From Melioribacteraceae bacterium (GTDB lineage: Bacteria > Bacteroidota > Ignavibacteria > Ignavibacteriales > Melioribacteraceae): a stretch of 64,000 nucleotides of DNA. The notes beneath the pieces are model-generated. The model was given only the letters and a program-made list of their open reading frames with translations, was not told the DNA's origin and did not search any database. Location of the stretch: the NCBI GenBank assembly GCA_035362835.1, contig DAOSDY010000004.1, forward strand, positions 113,836 through 177,835. Reading direction: 5' to 3'. The position numbers and the translations under genes are program-made. Positions 37,429 through 48,917 of this stretch are shown here, piece after piece (the first letter of the stretch is position 1; each line of letters opens with the position of its first letter).

Positions 37429-38711
37429 TGAAAAAATCTCTGGTGATTGGTGGCGGATTCGCCGGATTGTCTGCAGCGGTTTACCTGTCTAATAAAAATC
37501 ATAGTGTCACTCTCTTCGAATCATCTCCAAAACTTGGCGGTCGTGCATACTCACTTCTGAATCCTGAAACCGGTTCCTACTACGATAACGGTCAGCATAT
37601 AATGATGGGCTGTTACAAGGAAACACTCGCATTTCTTTCTCTTATAAATGCATGTCATCTGCTTGAAAAACCTGATTCACTCTCAATCACTTTTGTAAAA
37701 AAGAGGGGGGGGATTTATAAACTTTCCGCGTCTTCACACTACTATCCGTTTAATCTGCTTAAAGCGCTATTAAACTTTAGAGCACTCCGTTTTAAATCCA
37801 GGATAAAAATCATCGATCTGTTTCTTGACCTTGTCTGTTGTTATTCGTGCGACCTGAAAGGTAAAACAATTAAAGAATGGCTTCTTGATAAAAGACAGAC
37901 CGATGAAGCAATAAGAGATTTCTGGGGGATTATTGCAATAGGTGCTTTAAATACCGGGATAGAACGCGCTTCCGCGCCAATCTTTGCCTCTATTCTGAAA
38001 AGAATTTTTTTTGACGGGACTGAATCTTCTGCAATAATTTTAGCCAAATCAGGATTGAGCGAATTATATGTTAATCCCTCGCTCGATTATCTTAATGTAA
38101 AAGGTGCTGAAGTTAAATTATCTGAAAGAGTGATTAGATTTCATACCGAGCAGAATAAAATTACGAAAGTCATAACTAACCGGGCCACTTATGATAATTT
38201 CGATTTCATTATTTCAGCGGTACCAGCATATTCGCTAAGACAGATATTGCAAAGTTCATCAATTGAGAATGTCCGGATTCCCGAACTGGAATACTCATCA
38301 ATTCTTAATGTCCATCTATGGCTTTCGGAAAATCCTTTTTCTGAACCCTTTTACGGATTTCTGGACGGCGAAATTCACTGGCTCTTCAACCATGGCAGTC
38401 ACATCTCTTTAACAATCAGCGGAGCCGACCGTTTTAATGACCTTACAGAGGAAAAAATTCTTGAAACAATATATTCGGATTTAGAGATATTTTTCGCTAT
38501 TTTCAAATCAAGTTTAGTTATTGATTATAAAATCATAAAAGAAAAAAGAGCAACCTTCATTCCCGATATGAAATCAATTGAATTGAGAAATACCATTAAA
38601 TCTGAAATTAATAATCTGATTCTTGCCGGTGATTGGACTAATACTGAATTACCGTCTACGATTGAAAGCGCGGTCTTAAGCGGCCGCATTGCTGCCGATT
38701 CTGTTGATTGA
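37428..38711 (+). CDS. hpnE: FAD-dependent amine-oxidase-type oxidoreductase, HpnE-like (hydroxysqualene dehydroxylase)
   Basis: N-terminal dinucleotide fold VIGGGFAGLSAA...LFES..LGGR. C-terminal LAGDWT...ESAVLSG. ATGA-type overlap with hpnD. Confidence 0.72.
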   Translation: MKKSLVIGGGFAGLSAAVYLSNKNHSVTLFESSPKLGGRAYSLLNPETGSYYDNGQHIMMGCYKETLAFLSLINACHLLEKPDSLSITFVKKRGGIYKLSASSHYYPFNLLKALLNFRALRFKSRIKIIDLFLDLVCCYSCDLKGKTIKEWLLDKRQTDEAIRDFWGIIAIGALNTGIERASAPIFASILKRIFFDGTESSAIILAKSGLSELYVNPSLDYLNVKGAEVKLSERVIRFHTEQNKITKVITNRATYDNFDFIISAVPAYSLRQILQSSSIENVRIPELEYSSILNVHLWLSENPFSEPFYGFLDGEIHWLFNHGSHISLTISGADRFNDLTEEKILETIYSDLEIFFAIFKSSLVIDYKIIKEKRATFIPDMKSIELRNTIKSEINNLILAGDWTNTELPSTIESAVLSGRIAADSVD

Positions 38712-38786
38712 TTATTTTTACGGACATTTACTTATTTCTGATTATATATATAAATAAATCTAATTCTAATTTATCACGGAGGGATT

Positions 38787-40091
38787 ATGTCCGGATTAAA
38801 ACAAAAGCTTCAAGAAAAAATTCAGCTTGAAAAACCTCGTACCGAAAAACTGGTTAAGGAGTTTGGTAATGTTAAAGTAGACGAAGTTAACATTGGTCAG
38901 ATTATCGGAGGAATGAGGGATATTAAAAGCCTTGTTACGGATGTCTCCTATCTCGATCCTCATGAAGGAATTCGTTTCCGCGGTTTGACTATTCCTGAGG
39001 TTTTTGAGAAACTACCCAAGGTTCCCGGCAATGAAATGCCGTCAGTTGAAGGCTTCTTTTATTTTCTTCTGACCGGTGATATGCCGACAGAAAAAGAAGT
39101 TGAGGAAGTAAGTGAAGAATTTAATTCCAGGAAGAAAATTCCGGATTATGTCTTCAATATTTTGAAATCAATGCCTGCTGATTCTCATCCAATGACTATG
39201 TTCTCAGCTGCAATTCTTTCGATGAATAAAGATTCAATCTTCGTTAAGAAGTATCATGAAGGCGTAAAGAAGAATGTCTATTGGGAGTATTATTACGAAG
39301 ACGCTATGAATCTTCTGGCAAAACTTCCTGAAATTGCGGCATTTATATATAGACTTAAATATCGTAACGGTAACATTATTCCTCCGGATCCGAAATTAGA
39401 TTTCGGCGGAAACTTTGCTCACATGATGGGCATAGCCAAACCGTACGACGAAGTTGCAAGAATGTACTTTATTCTTCACAGCGATCATGAAAGCGGTAAC
39501 GTCAGCGCTCATACAGGTCATCTCGTCGCAAGCGCTCTATCAGATATGTACTATGCTATCAGTGCGATGTTAAATGGCCTGGCCGGTCCTCTGCACGGTC
39601 TTGCAAACGAAGAGGTTCTTCGCTGGCTCCACGGTGTTATGGATTCCATGGGAGGCAAAGTTCCTACAGAACAGGAAATGAAGAACTTTGTTTATGAAAC
39701 TTTGAAAACGGGTGTTATCCCCGGATTCGGACATGCGGTTCTAAGGAAGACAGATCCCCGGTATATGGCGCAGAGAGAATTCTGCCTCAAACATCTGCCC
39801 GATGATACTCTGTTTAAATACGTCGATCTTCTCTTCAAAGTAGTTCCTCCAATTCTTTTAGAGCAGGGAAAAGCCAAGAATCCATGGCCGAATGTTGATG
39901 CTCAATCCGGCGTTATTCAGTGGTACTACGGTGTAAAGGAATATGAATTCTATACGGTTCTCTTCGGTATCGGAAGAGCTCTCGGTGTTTGCTCCAATAT
40001 TATCTGGGCAAGGGCTCTCGGATATCCGATCGAAAGGCCGAAATCCCTTACTACCAAAATGCTCGAAGATGTTGCCTTCGGTAAGAAATAA
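38787..40091 (+). CDS. gltA: Citrate synthase
   Basis: GFGHAVLRKTDPR signature, HSDHE and 434 aa. GGAGGG SD upstream. Confidence 0.93.
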   Translation: MSGLKQKLQEKIQLEKPRTEKLVKEFGNVKVDEVNIGQIIGGMRDIKSLVTDVSYLDPHEGIRFRGLTIPEVFEKLPKVPGNEMPSVEGFFYFLLTGDMPTEKEVEEVSEEFNSRKKIPDYVFNILKSMPADSHPMTMFSAAILSMNKDSIFVKKYHEGVKKNVYWEYYYEDAMNLLAKLPEIAAFIYRLKYRNGNIIPPDPKLDFGGNFAHMMGIAKPYDEVARMYFILHSDHESGNVSAHTGHLVASALSDMYYAISAMLNGLAGPLHGLANEEVLRWLHGVMDSMGGKVPTEQEMKNFVYETLKTGVIPGFGHAVLRKTDPRYMAQREFCLKHLPDDTLFKYVDLLFKVVPPILLEQGKAKNPWPNVDAQSGVIQWYYGVKEYEFYTVLFGIGRALGVCSNIIWARALGYPIERPKSLTTKMLEDVAFGKK

Positions 40092-40113
40092 TTGTTCCTA
40101 ATCGATTAATCTG

Positions 40114-40148
40114 AAAGGGTGAACTTCTGGTTCGCCCTTTCTTTTTTT
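40114..40148 (+). terminator. Intrinsic terminator of citrate synthase gene
   Basis: 11-bp stem 40114-40124 / 40130-40140 (one G-U pair) with a 5-nt loop, followed by CTTTTTTT. Confidence 0.8.
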
Positions 40149-40160
40149 ATAATAGAAAAT

Positions 40161-41108
40161 ATGGATAGAAAACTGGTGTATGTTATTGGATCCCTGATTG
40201 TTTTCGTTATAATCAGCGGTATCATAATTATTCAAAAAATTTCATCTTTGGAAAAGGAAACTCCGAGAGAAGTAATTGTTCACATGGAAAAAGACCATCG
40301 GGAATTAATCCCTTCTATTCCGGATAAAATGGATTTTTGCGGAGAAGCAGTTCCGTTTCAGGATTTTGATGTTTTAGAAAGAATGGAGAGAGAACTGCTT
40401 GTAAACGCGCATTGGTCCTCCTCGACAATTCTTAATATTAAAAGGGCAAACAGATGGTTCCCGGTAATTGAACCGATTCTAAAACGATATGGAATACCCG
40501 ACGATTTTAAATACCTTGCAGTAATTGAAAGTAATCTGACGAATGTTGTTTCCCCGGCGGGTGCTGCGGGTTTCTGGCAGTTAATGGCCCCGGTTGCAAA
40601 GGAATACGGTCTCGAAGTGAACGATAAAATTGATGAAAGATTTAATATTGAGAAAGCAACTGTTGCCGCATGCCGTTATCTTGAAAAAGCTTTTAATAAG
40701 TACGGAAACTGGACAATGGCTGCGGCATCCTACAACTTCGGAATGAACGGTATAGACAAACAGATTGGCCGTCAGAAGTCGCGTAATTATTATAACCTTT
40801 ATCTGGTGGAAGAAACCAACAGGTTTGTTTTCAGACTTCTGGCCATAAAGGAGATCCTCTCAAATCCCGGTAAATATGGCTTTTTTATTGAAGAAGATCA
40901 GCTTTATAAACCGATTGCAACAAAAGAAGTGATTGTAAAAAGAGAGATTAAAGACCTGGCCGGTTTTGCTTCCGCGCAGGGTATTAATTATAAAATACTA
41001 AAAATTTTCAATCCCTGGCTGCGCGATAATCATCTTCCTAATCGTTCCGGTAAAGCATACTCTGTTTTAATACCTCTTGAAAGTGAAATTGAGTTAATTG
41101 AGGAATAA
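40161..41108 (+). CDS. Membrane-anchored lytic transglycosylase (SLT domain, MltD-like)
   Basis: AVIESNL...SPAGAAGFWQLM catalytic Glu motif and AASYNFG. ATG 40161 is chosen because the GTG at 40119 lies inside the upstream terminator hairpin. Confidence 0.85.
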   Translation: MDRKLVYVIGSLIVFVIISGIIIIQKISSLEKETPREVIVHMEKDHRELIPSIPDKMDFCGEAVPFQDFDVLERMERELLVNAHWSSSTILNIKRANRWFPVIEPILKRYGIPDDFKYLAVIESNLTNVVSPAGAAGFWQLMAPVAKEYGLEVNDKIDERFNIEKATVAACRYLEKAFNKYGNWTMAAASYNFGMNGIDKQIGRQKSRNYYNLYLVEETNRFVFRLLAIKEILSNPGKYGFFIEEDQLYKPIATKEVIVKREIKDLAGFASAQGINYKILKIFNPWLRDNHLPNRSGKAYSVLIPLESEIELIEE

Positions 41109-41199
41109 ATAAATATTAAAACAATTTTAAATGAATCATAGAGATATTCAGATTTTTTTTTATTTTTGATTCCAACTTTTTCTATCCAAAAAAAATTGA

Positions 41200-42828
<1,629 letters not shown>

Positions 42829-42829
42829 A

Positions 42830-44329
42830 TTGAAAAAGTATTTTATAATCTCGCTCCTTCTCTTTCTTCTGATTCAGAATTGTGTTATTCCCCAGGGATT
42901 ACAATCCTTAGTCAATCAGGGTCTTGCTAAAGCATATAATATGGAGCTTGAAGCTGCGGAAAAAATCTATAACAGGATTATCGACCAATACCCAGAAGAA
43001 CCGCATGGATATTATTTGATTTCTCAGATCTATTACTGGACATATCTGGGATCGAAGGATAAAGGTGAATACCAGGTCTTCTCCCGCTTCGCAGAATTGG
43101 CCGAAGAAAAAATAAACAGAATACTCGATCAGGATGAGAAGAATGTCCGGATTACTTATATGGCGGGGAATCTGGCATCTTTCAGGGCTATGGCTAATGC
43201 TACTCATGAATCTTCAGTGGATGCATTCTGGGCAAGCAAAAATGCCGTTAGCAATCTTGAAAAAGCTCTGGAACTTAATCCGAAATTTTATGACGCATAT
43301 CTCGGTTTGGGTCTTTTCGACTATGCTATGAGTTTCGTCCCGGAGTTTTTAAAGTGGGCGGTTAATCTGACAGGATTAACTTCGGATAAAGAGCGCGGAC
43401 TCCGTTACATTAAGCTTGCTTATAACAAAGGCACATCGGGTACTACGGAAGCCGCATTTCATCTATCAAAAATTTATACCGATTACCTTGCCGATTATGA
43501 TAGCGCCTACTTCTATATCCAGCAGATAATTCCTAAATACCCTAAGAATACTCTTTTCCATTATCAGTATGCAGTCTCCTTGATAAAGGGAAAAGAACTC
43601 GATAGAGCTATCCAGCCGCTGAATACGGTTATCCGTCTTAATAATAAAAGATTCCCTCAGGTAACTGCACTGGCGCATTACAGGAAAGGGGAAGTCTATT
43701 TTAAAAAGAATCAGTTCAAGTCGGCAATTAAAGAATATGAATTATTCCTCGATCTCTCCAAAGACCTCGATTTTACAGGCATCGCAGCACTTAATATCGC
43801 GCTCAGTCATAAGATGCTCGGTAATGAAGAAGAATATAAGAAATACATCAATCTCGCCTCCGACGGTAATCCGGATCTCTACGAGGATTCCTATGCTCAG
43901 CTCAAAAGCGAAATCTTTTCGAATCGCGAAGTTGATGAAACGGATCTGAAACTGGTTCGTTTTAAAAATATGATCGATAGCGGCCGAAGCAAGTCTGCAT
44001 ACGATTCATTAAAAGTATTGATTCCTTCAATTGATAATAATGATCAGAAGGGTCTTGCGCTTGCTTATTTGAGCGAATCGGCTTTCAATATTAAGAAATA
44101 TCCCGAATCGGTTGACGCTGCCGAAATGATCCTTACTTTGAGGTTTGTTAATGAAAAATGGATGATTCCTTATTCATTTTATATTCAGGCACGTGCTAAT
44201 TGGGTCGTCGGCGCTAAAAATGAAGCAAGAGAGTTAATTGCCAGAGCCGAATCCGAAAACAAGTACGAGAAACAGGACTATCTTCAGTCTCTCGTCGAAA
44301 ACCTTAAAAGAAAACTAAAACGTCCCTGA
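42830..44329 (+). CDS. Secreted TPR-repeat protein, function unknown
   Basis: Signal peptide. Multiple TPR-like A/Y/L-periodic helices (e.g. AHYRKGEVYFKKNQFKSAIKEYELFLD). TTG start 1 nt after the pyrG stop. Confidence 0.65.
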   Translation: MKKYFIISLLLFLLIQNCVIPQGLQSLVNQGLAKAYNMELEAAEKIYNRIIDQYPEEPHGYYLISQIYYWTYLGSKDKGEYQVFSRFAELAEEKINRILDQDEKNVRITYMAGNLASFRAMANATHESSVDAFWASKNAVSNLEKALELNPKFYDAYLGLGLFDYAMSFVPEFLKWAVNLTGLTSDKERGLRYIKLAYNKGTSGTTEAAFHLSKIYTDYLADYDSAYFYIQQIIPKYPKNTLFHYQYAVSLIKGKELDRAIQPLNTVIRLNNKRFPQVTALAHYRKGEVYFKKNQFKSAIKEYELFLDLSKDLDFTGIAALNIALSHKMLGNEEEYKKYINLASDGNPDLYEDSYAQLKSEIFSNREVDETDLKLVRFKNMIDSGRSKSAYDSLKVLIPSIDNNDQKGLALAYLSESAFNIKKYPESVDAAEMILTLRFVNEKWMIPYSFYIQARANWVVGAKNEARELIARAESENKYEKQDYLQSLVENLKRKLKRP

Positions 44330-44424
44330 GTGTAAGAAAATCTCCGTTTCCCTCAATATTTCCAGAGGTTTTGATTGATTATTGATTGCGATTTCGATAA
44401 TTTTTTGCGCAAATTTGAAAAAAT

Positions 44425-45036
44425 ATGTTGAAGATAGCCGTTTTTGTTTCGGGAAGAGGATCTAACCTTAAATCTGTTTTTAATAAAGTTCCAAAAGAGA
44501 AACTTCGGATTTGCGCAGTAGTTAGTGATAAACAGGATTCCGCCGCTCTCGGTTTTGCCGTCGATAATAAAATCCAGGTTTATCTTGTCAGTGAAAAAAT
44601 TAAAGAAGGTTTTGTTGATTACAACTTTCTCTTAAATGAATTTAAAAAAACTTCAATTGATTTGATTGTTCTTGCCGGATTCTTAAAAAAAATTCCGGAT
44701 AGTTTTGTTGATTCATTTGAAAACAGAATAATAAATATTCATCCCGCTCTTCTTCCTAACTACGGCGGGAAAGGTATGTACGGATTGAATGTTCATAAAG
44801 CGGTTTTCGAAAATAATGAAACCGTTTCCGGCGCTACTGTCCATTTTGTCGATAAAATTTATGATAACGGTAAAATAATTTCCCGGGAAAAAATTGATAT
44901 CAGCGACTGCAAAAACCCGGTGGAAATTGCAGAAAGGGTACTGAAAATTGAACATGAGTTACTTCCGTTTGTTGTTGAAAAATTTGCCGATGGGAAAATA
45001 AAAATTGTTAATGAAGAAGTGAGCATTCTTGAATAA
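44425..45036 (+). CDS. purN: Phosphoribosylglycinamide formyltransferase
   Basis: IAVFVSGRGSNL and NIHPALLP motifs. Confidence 0.92.
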   Translation: MLKIAVFVSGRGSNLKSVFNKVPKEKLRICAVVSDKQDSAALGFAVDNKIQVYLVSEKIKEGFVDYNFLLNEFKKTSIDLIVLAGFLKKIPDSFVDSFENRIINIHPALLPNYGGKGMYGLNVHKAVFENNETVSGATVHFVDKIYDNGKIISREKIDISDCKNPVEIAERVLKIEHELLPFVVEKFADGKIKIVNEEVSILE

Positions 45037-46567
45037 TGCCGGAGATGTTTTGAAGAAGATTGCAATTATAAGTGTTTCATATAAGAGAAATATCGTTGAA
45101 TTCGCAAATGAATTAAGTCAACTCGATTATCAGATTCTTGCTACCGGGAACACCGCCAGAATATTAACTCAGAACAGAATTGAATGTACCGAAATAAGTG
45201 ATTTTACTTCATTCCCTGAAATCTTCTCCGGAAGGGTGAAAACTCTTAATCCGAAAATATTCGGAGGAATTTTAATGCGTCGCAGCAACCCCTCTGATAT
45301 TAAAGAAGCAGGAGAAAATAATATTCTGCCGATCGATATTGTTTGTGTTAATCTGTATCCTTTCCCGGAAGTGGTTAAACGCTCTGATATCTCTCACGAG
45401 GAGAAAGTTGAGAATATCGACATCGGCGGCCCGAGTCTTATTAGAGCCGCTGCTAAGAATTATGAGTATGTGTCTGTCCTAACCAATCCGGATCAGTATG
45501 CCAGCTTTCTCGAAAAATTAAAAACAGGAAAAGTTGATCTCGCAACCCGTAGAGAACTTGCCTACGCTGCTTATTCCTATACTTCATATTATGATACACT
45601 GATTGCAAATTACTTTGAAGAAAATTTTGGTTATCCTAAAACAGAATTGCGTCTGAATTTCAAATCATCATTCAACCTGAGGTACGGAGAGAATCCTCAT
45701 CAGAATGCCTTCCTTTACGGCGATTTTACTGAATACTTCGAAATTCTCCACGGCAGGGAATTATCCTATAACAATATTGTAGATCTTACGGCTGCCGTCG
45801 ATCTTGTAAACGACCTCGATACTAACGGTTGTGTTATAGTAAAGCATACAAATCCTTGCGGGGCTGCAATCGGAAACGATGTGTATGATGCATACGAAAA
45901 GGCTCTTTCATGCGATCCGGTCTCGGCTTTCGGCGGTATTGTTGCATTTAACGTGGAAGTGGATCAGAAAACCGCTGAAAAACTAAATGATATTTTCCTG
46001 GAAATAATCTGTGCGCCCTCCTATTCCGAAAAAGCTTTGCAAATACTTGGTCTAAAGAAAAACCGGAGATTGGTAAGAGTTAAGAAAAATCCTTCCTCAA
46101 ATGAACTGGAACTTAAACACATCCCTGGCGGAATTCTTGCTCAGACAAAAGATAATTCCAGAATAGAAGAAATTGAGTTGAAACTTGTAACCGAAAGAGA
46201 ACTTACAAAATCGGAACTGACGGATCTCAAATTTGCATGGGTTATTTGCAAGCATACGAAATCGAACGCTATTGTATACGTGAAAAATAAAAAAGCAATA
46301 GGCGTTGGTGCCGGACAAATGTCCCGTATCGACTCAGCTAAAATTGCTGCTGAAAAAGCTAAACAGTTCGGCCATGATTTGAATGGAGCCGTAGCCGCAA
46401 GCGATGCCTTTTTCCCGTTCCCCGACGGACTTCTCGAGATAGCTTCTCATGGAGTTACCGCGGTTATTCAGCCCGGCGGTTCGGTTAAGGATGAGGATGT
46501 AATTAAAGCCGCAAATGAAAAAAATATTTCAATGGTATTTACCGGTATTAGAAACTTTAAACACTAA
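45029..46567 (+). CDS. purH: Bifunctional AICAR transformylase / IMP cyclohydrolase
   Basis: MGS-like N-domain (ISVSYKRN...GGRVKTLNPKIFGGIL) and an AICARFT domain ending FTGIRNFKH. Start is either TTG 45029 or in-frame TTG 45050. Confidence 0.95.
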   Translation: MNNAGDVLKKIAIISVSYKRNIVEFANELSQLDYQILATGNTARILTQNRIECTEISDFTSFPEIFSGRVKTLNPKIFGGILMRRSNPSDIKEAGENNILPIDIVCVNLYPFPEVVKRSDISHEEKVENIDIGGPSLIRAAAKNYEYVSVLTNPDQYASFLEKLKTGKVDLATRRELAYAAYSYTSYYDTLIANYFEENFGYPKTELRLNFKSSFNLRYGENPHQNAFLYGDFTEYFEILHGRELSYNNIVDLTAAVDLVNDLDTNGCVIVKHTNPCGAAIGNDVYDAYEKALSCDPVSAFGGIVAFNVEVDQKTAEKLNDIFLEIICAPSYSEKALQILGLKKNRRLVRVKKNPSSNELELKHIPGGILAQTKDNSRIEEIELKLVTERELTKSELTDLKFAWVICKHTKSNAIVYVKNKKAIGVGAGQMSRIDSAKIAAEKAKQFGHDLNGAVAASDAFFPFPDGLLEIASHGVTAVIQPGGSVKDEDVIKAANEKNISMVFTGIRNFKH

Positions 46568-46575
46568 GAGGAACA

Positions 46576-47601
46576 ATGGGAATTTTTGATCTCTTCTCAA
46601 CTGATGTTGCAATTGATCTTGGCACTGCCAATACATTAATCTACATTAAAGGAAAAGGAATTGTCTTAAACGAACCGTCGATTGTAGCTTTCGACCGGAA
46701 TACTAAACGGATTATCGAGCTTGGGAATAAAGCAAAGGAAATGCAGGGTAGAGAACACCGGGAAATACGTGTTACTCGTCCCATGCGCGATGGCGTTATT
46801 GCCGATTTTGAAATTGCCGAAGGAATGATAAGAGCTTTTATTAAAAGGGTTACTCCCAATACATTCGCAAGTAAAAGGATTGTTATCGCTGTTCCTAGCG
46901 GCGTTACTGAAGTTGAAAAACGTGCTGTCCGCGATGCCGCCGAACATGCTGGCGCTAAAGAGGTTCATCTGGTTGCCGAACCTATGGCTGCCGCTATTGG
47001 CATTGGCGTGGATGTTGAAGCTCCTGTCGGCAATATGATAATCGACATTGGAGGCGGAACTACAGAAATTGCTGTAATCGCCCTCGCAGGTATTGTGAAT
47101 GAAGAATCGATCAGGATTGCAGGCGATGAAATGAATAATGCCATTATGCAGTTCTTTAAGAAAAATTATAATCTCCTTATCGGCGAAAGAACTGCTGAAG
47201 CAATTAAATGTGAAGTCGGTTCTGCAGTACCCCTCAAAGAGGAAGTTACAATTCAGGTGAAAGGGCGCGACCTCGTCGGAGGAATCCCCAAAACCGCTGA
47301 AGTCAGTTCTGTAGAAATACGCGAAGCTCTTAATGAAAATGTGGCGCAGATTGTAGATGCAATTAAACAGACTCTCGAAAGAACTCCTCCGGAATTAAGC
47401 GCCGATATTCTGGATCGCGGCGTAATGATTACCGGCGGCGGTGCTCTGCTTAAAGGCCTCGATGAAAGAATTAGAATGGAAACAAACCTGCCTGTGCATG
47501 TAGCCGATGATCCTCTAACTGCTGTTGTTAGAGGCGCCGGTAAAGCAATAGAAAACTTAAACAAATACTCAAAGGTCTTTATCCGTAAAAGAACTTACTA
47601 A
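46576..47601 (+). CDS. mreB: Rod shape-determining actin homolog MreB
   Basis: DLGTANTLIY, DIGGGTTEIAVI and the full actin-fold motif set. Confidence 0.97.
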   Translation: MGIFDLFSTDVAIDLGTANTLIYIKGKGIVLNEPSIVAFDRNTKRIIELGNKAKEMQGREHREIRVTRPMRDGVIADFEIAEGMIRAFIKRVTPNTFASKRIVIAVPSGVTEVEKRAVRDAAEHAGAKEVHLVAEPMAAAIGIGVDVEAPVGNMIIDIGGGTTEIAVIALAGIVNEESIRIAGDEMNNAIMQFFKKNYNLLIGERTAEAIKCEVGSAVPLKEEVTIQVKGRDLVGGIPKTAEVSSVEIREALNENVAQIVDAIKQTLERTPPELSADILDRGVMITGGGALLKGLDERIRMETNLPVHVADDPLTAVVRGAGKAIENLNKYSKVFIRKRTY

Positions 47602-48428
47602 TGCTAAATTTTTTAAGACGATTTACATATCAGTTCAAGGAATACCTGATATTAGTACTGCTTGTAATTATCAGTCTCACTCTTCTTGCCAGTAATGAAA
47701 AACCGGAAGTAAAAAAAATCAGAACCTTCGCATTCGGAAGTTTTGCTATTCTTAACAGTTTACTGGATTCATTCGGGGATTTGTTCACCAGCGATCCTTC
47801 AATTGATCAGCTGAAAATAGAAAACGCTAAACTTAATCTCGAACTTAATCGATTGAGGAAACAGGGGATTGAAAATCAAAACCTCCGGGATATGCTATCG
47901 ATGAAGGATTCAAGCCGGTATCAGCTTATTGCTGCCGACGTCGTTTCAAAACTCGTCAACAAAGTTCAGGGCAGCTTTATTATCAATAAAGGAAGTCTGA
48001 GCGGAGTTCGTATCGGCATGCCTGTTGTCAATCATCAGGGATTGATTGGAATTATTTCTGATGTTGCCGGTAAGTTCTCTGTTGTAAAAACTCTTTTTAA
48101 CAGTTCTCTAAATATAGCAGTTACTCTTCAGAAGATAAATGTTGACGGAGTACTTAACTGGAACGGTAAAGAATTAATTATAAAAAACATCCCGACTACA
48201 TATGAAATAGAAGTAGGGGATAACGTAGCAACTTCGGATTTCAGCACATTATTTCCTCCGGATATTCCGGTTGGAATTATTTCGGAAAAAGAATCAATCG
48301 CTTTAGGTTTACTTCACACTCTTTCAGTTGAACCATATGCGGATATCTCTGCCGTAAGTAATTTGTTCATTGTTAATATCATCCCGAGTAAACAGATCAA
48401 TCAATTAGAAATGAACTTGATGAAATAA
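47601..48428 (+). CDS. mreC: Rod shape-determining protein MreC
   Basis: N-terminal TM helix, coiled coil (LKIENAKLNLELNRLRKQ) and a beta-rich C-domain. Position directly after mreB with a start/stop overlap. Confidence 0.88.
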   Translation: MLNFLRRFTYQFKEYLILVLLVIISLTLLASNEKPEVKKIRTFAFGSFAILNSLLDSFGDLFTSDPSIDQLKIENAKLNLELNRLRKQGIENQNLRDMLSMKDSSRYQLIAADVVSKLVNKVQGSFIINKGSLSGVRIGMPVVNHQGLIGIISDVAGKFSVVKTLFNSSLNIAVTLQKINVDGVLNWNGKELIIKNIPTTYEIEVGDNVATSDFSTLFPPDIPVGIISEKESIALGLLHTLSVEPYADISAVSNLFIVNIIPSKQINQLEMNLMK

Positions 48429-48917
48429 ATGTTTTTTAATTATGTAAAACCGTTAATATTTTTTATACCTCTTGCTGCAATTCAGCTTGTTTTGGTACCA
48501 CTTATTAGTGTTATTAATATTGCGCCGGATCTCATTGTTATTCTGGTTGTTTATTTTGCACTGTTGAACGGTCAGGTTTACGGAACTTTATTGGGTTTTA
48601 TTACCGGATTTATCTTCGACCTTATCTCCGGGGGTTTACTCGGTGCTTCAATGTTTGCTCTTACGGTTTCCGGATTTGTGGCTGGTTACTTTTATAACGA
48701 AAATAAAATTGATATAAATACAGTGACATTTCTTTTTATTATTATCCTGTTTTTATGCGGTACTGTCAATTCATTCCTTTACTCAAGTGTGGCAAATGAC
48801 AATCCTGATATGGGAATTCTGAGATTATTTTTTGAAGCGGGGATCCTGCCCGGTTTGTACACTGCGATCCTGGGTTTACCGATTGTAATTTTCAGCTCTA
48901 AGAAGGGGATCGAATGA
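48429..48917 (+). CDS. mreD: Rod shape-determining protein MreD
   Basis: Small polytopic membrane protein in the conserved position between mreC and mrdA. Confidence 0.75.
   Translation: MFFNYVKPLIFFIPLAAIQLVLVPLISVINIAPDLIVILVVYFALLNGQVYGTLLGFITGFIFDLISGGLLGASMFALTVSGFVAGYFYNENKIDINTVTFLFIIILFLCGTVNSFLYSSVANDNPDMGILRLFFEAGILPGLYTAILGLPIVIFSSKKGIE

Noticed and set aside
40119-40160. GTG start at 40119 proposed by the ORF track for the lytic transglycosylase gene.
   Set aside because: This stretch forms the stem-loop and T-run of the citrate synthase terminator (40114-40148). ATG 40161 gives a normal N-terminal membrane anchor.
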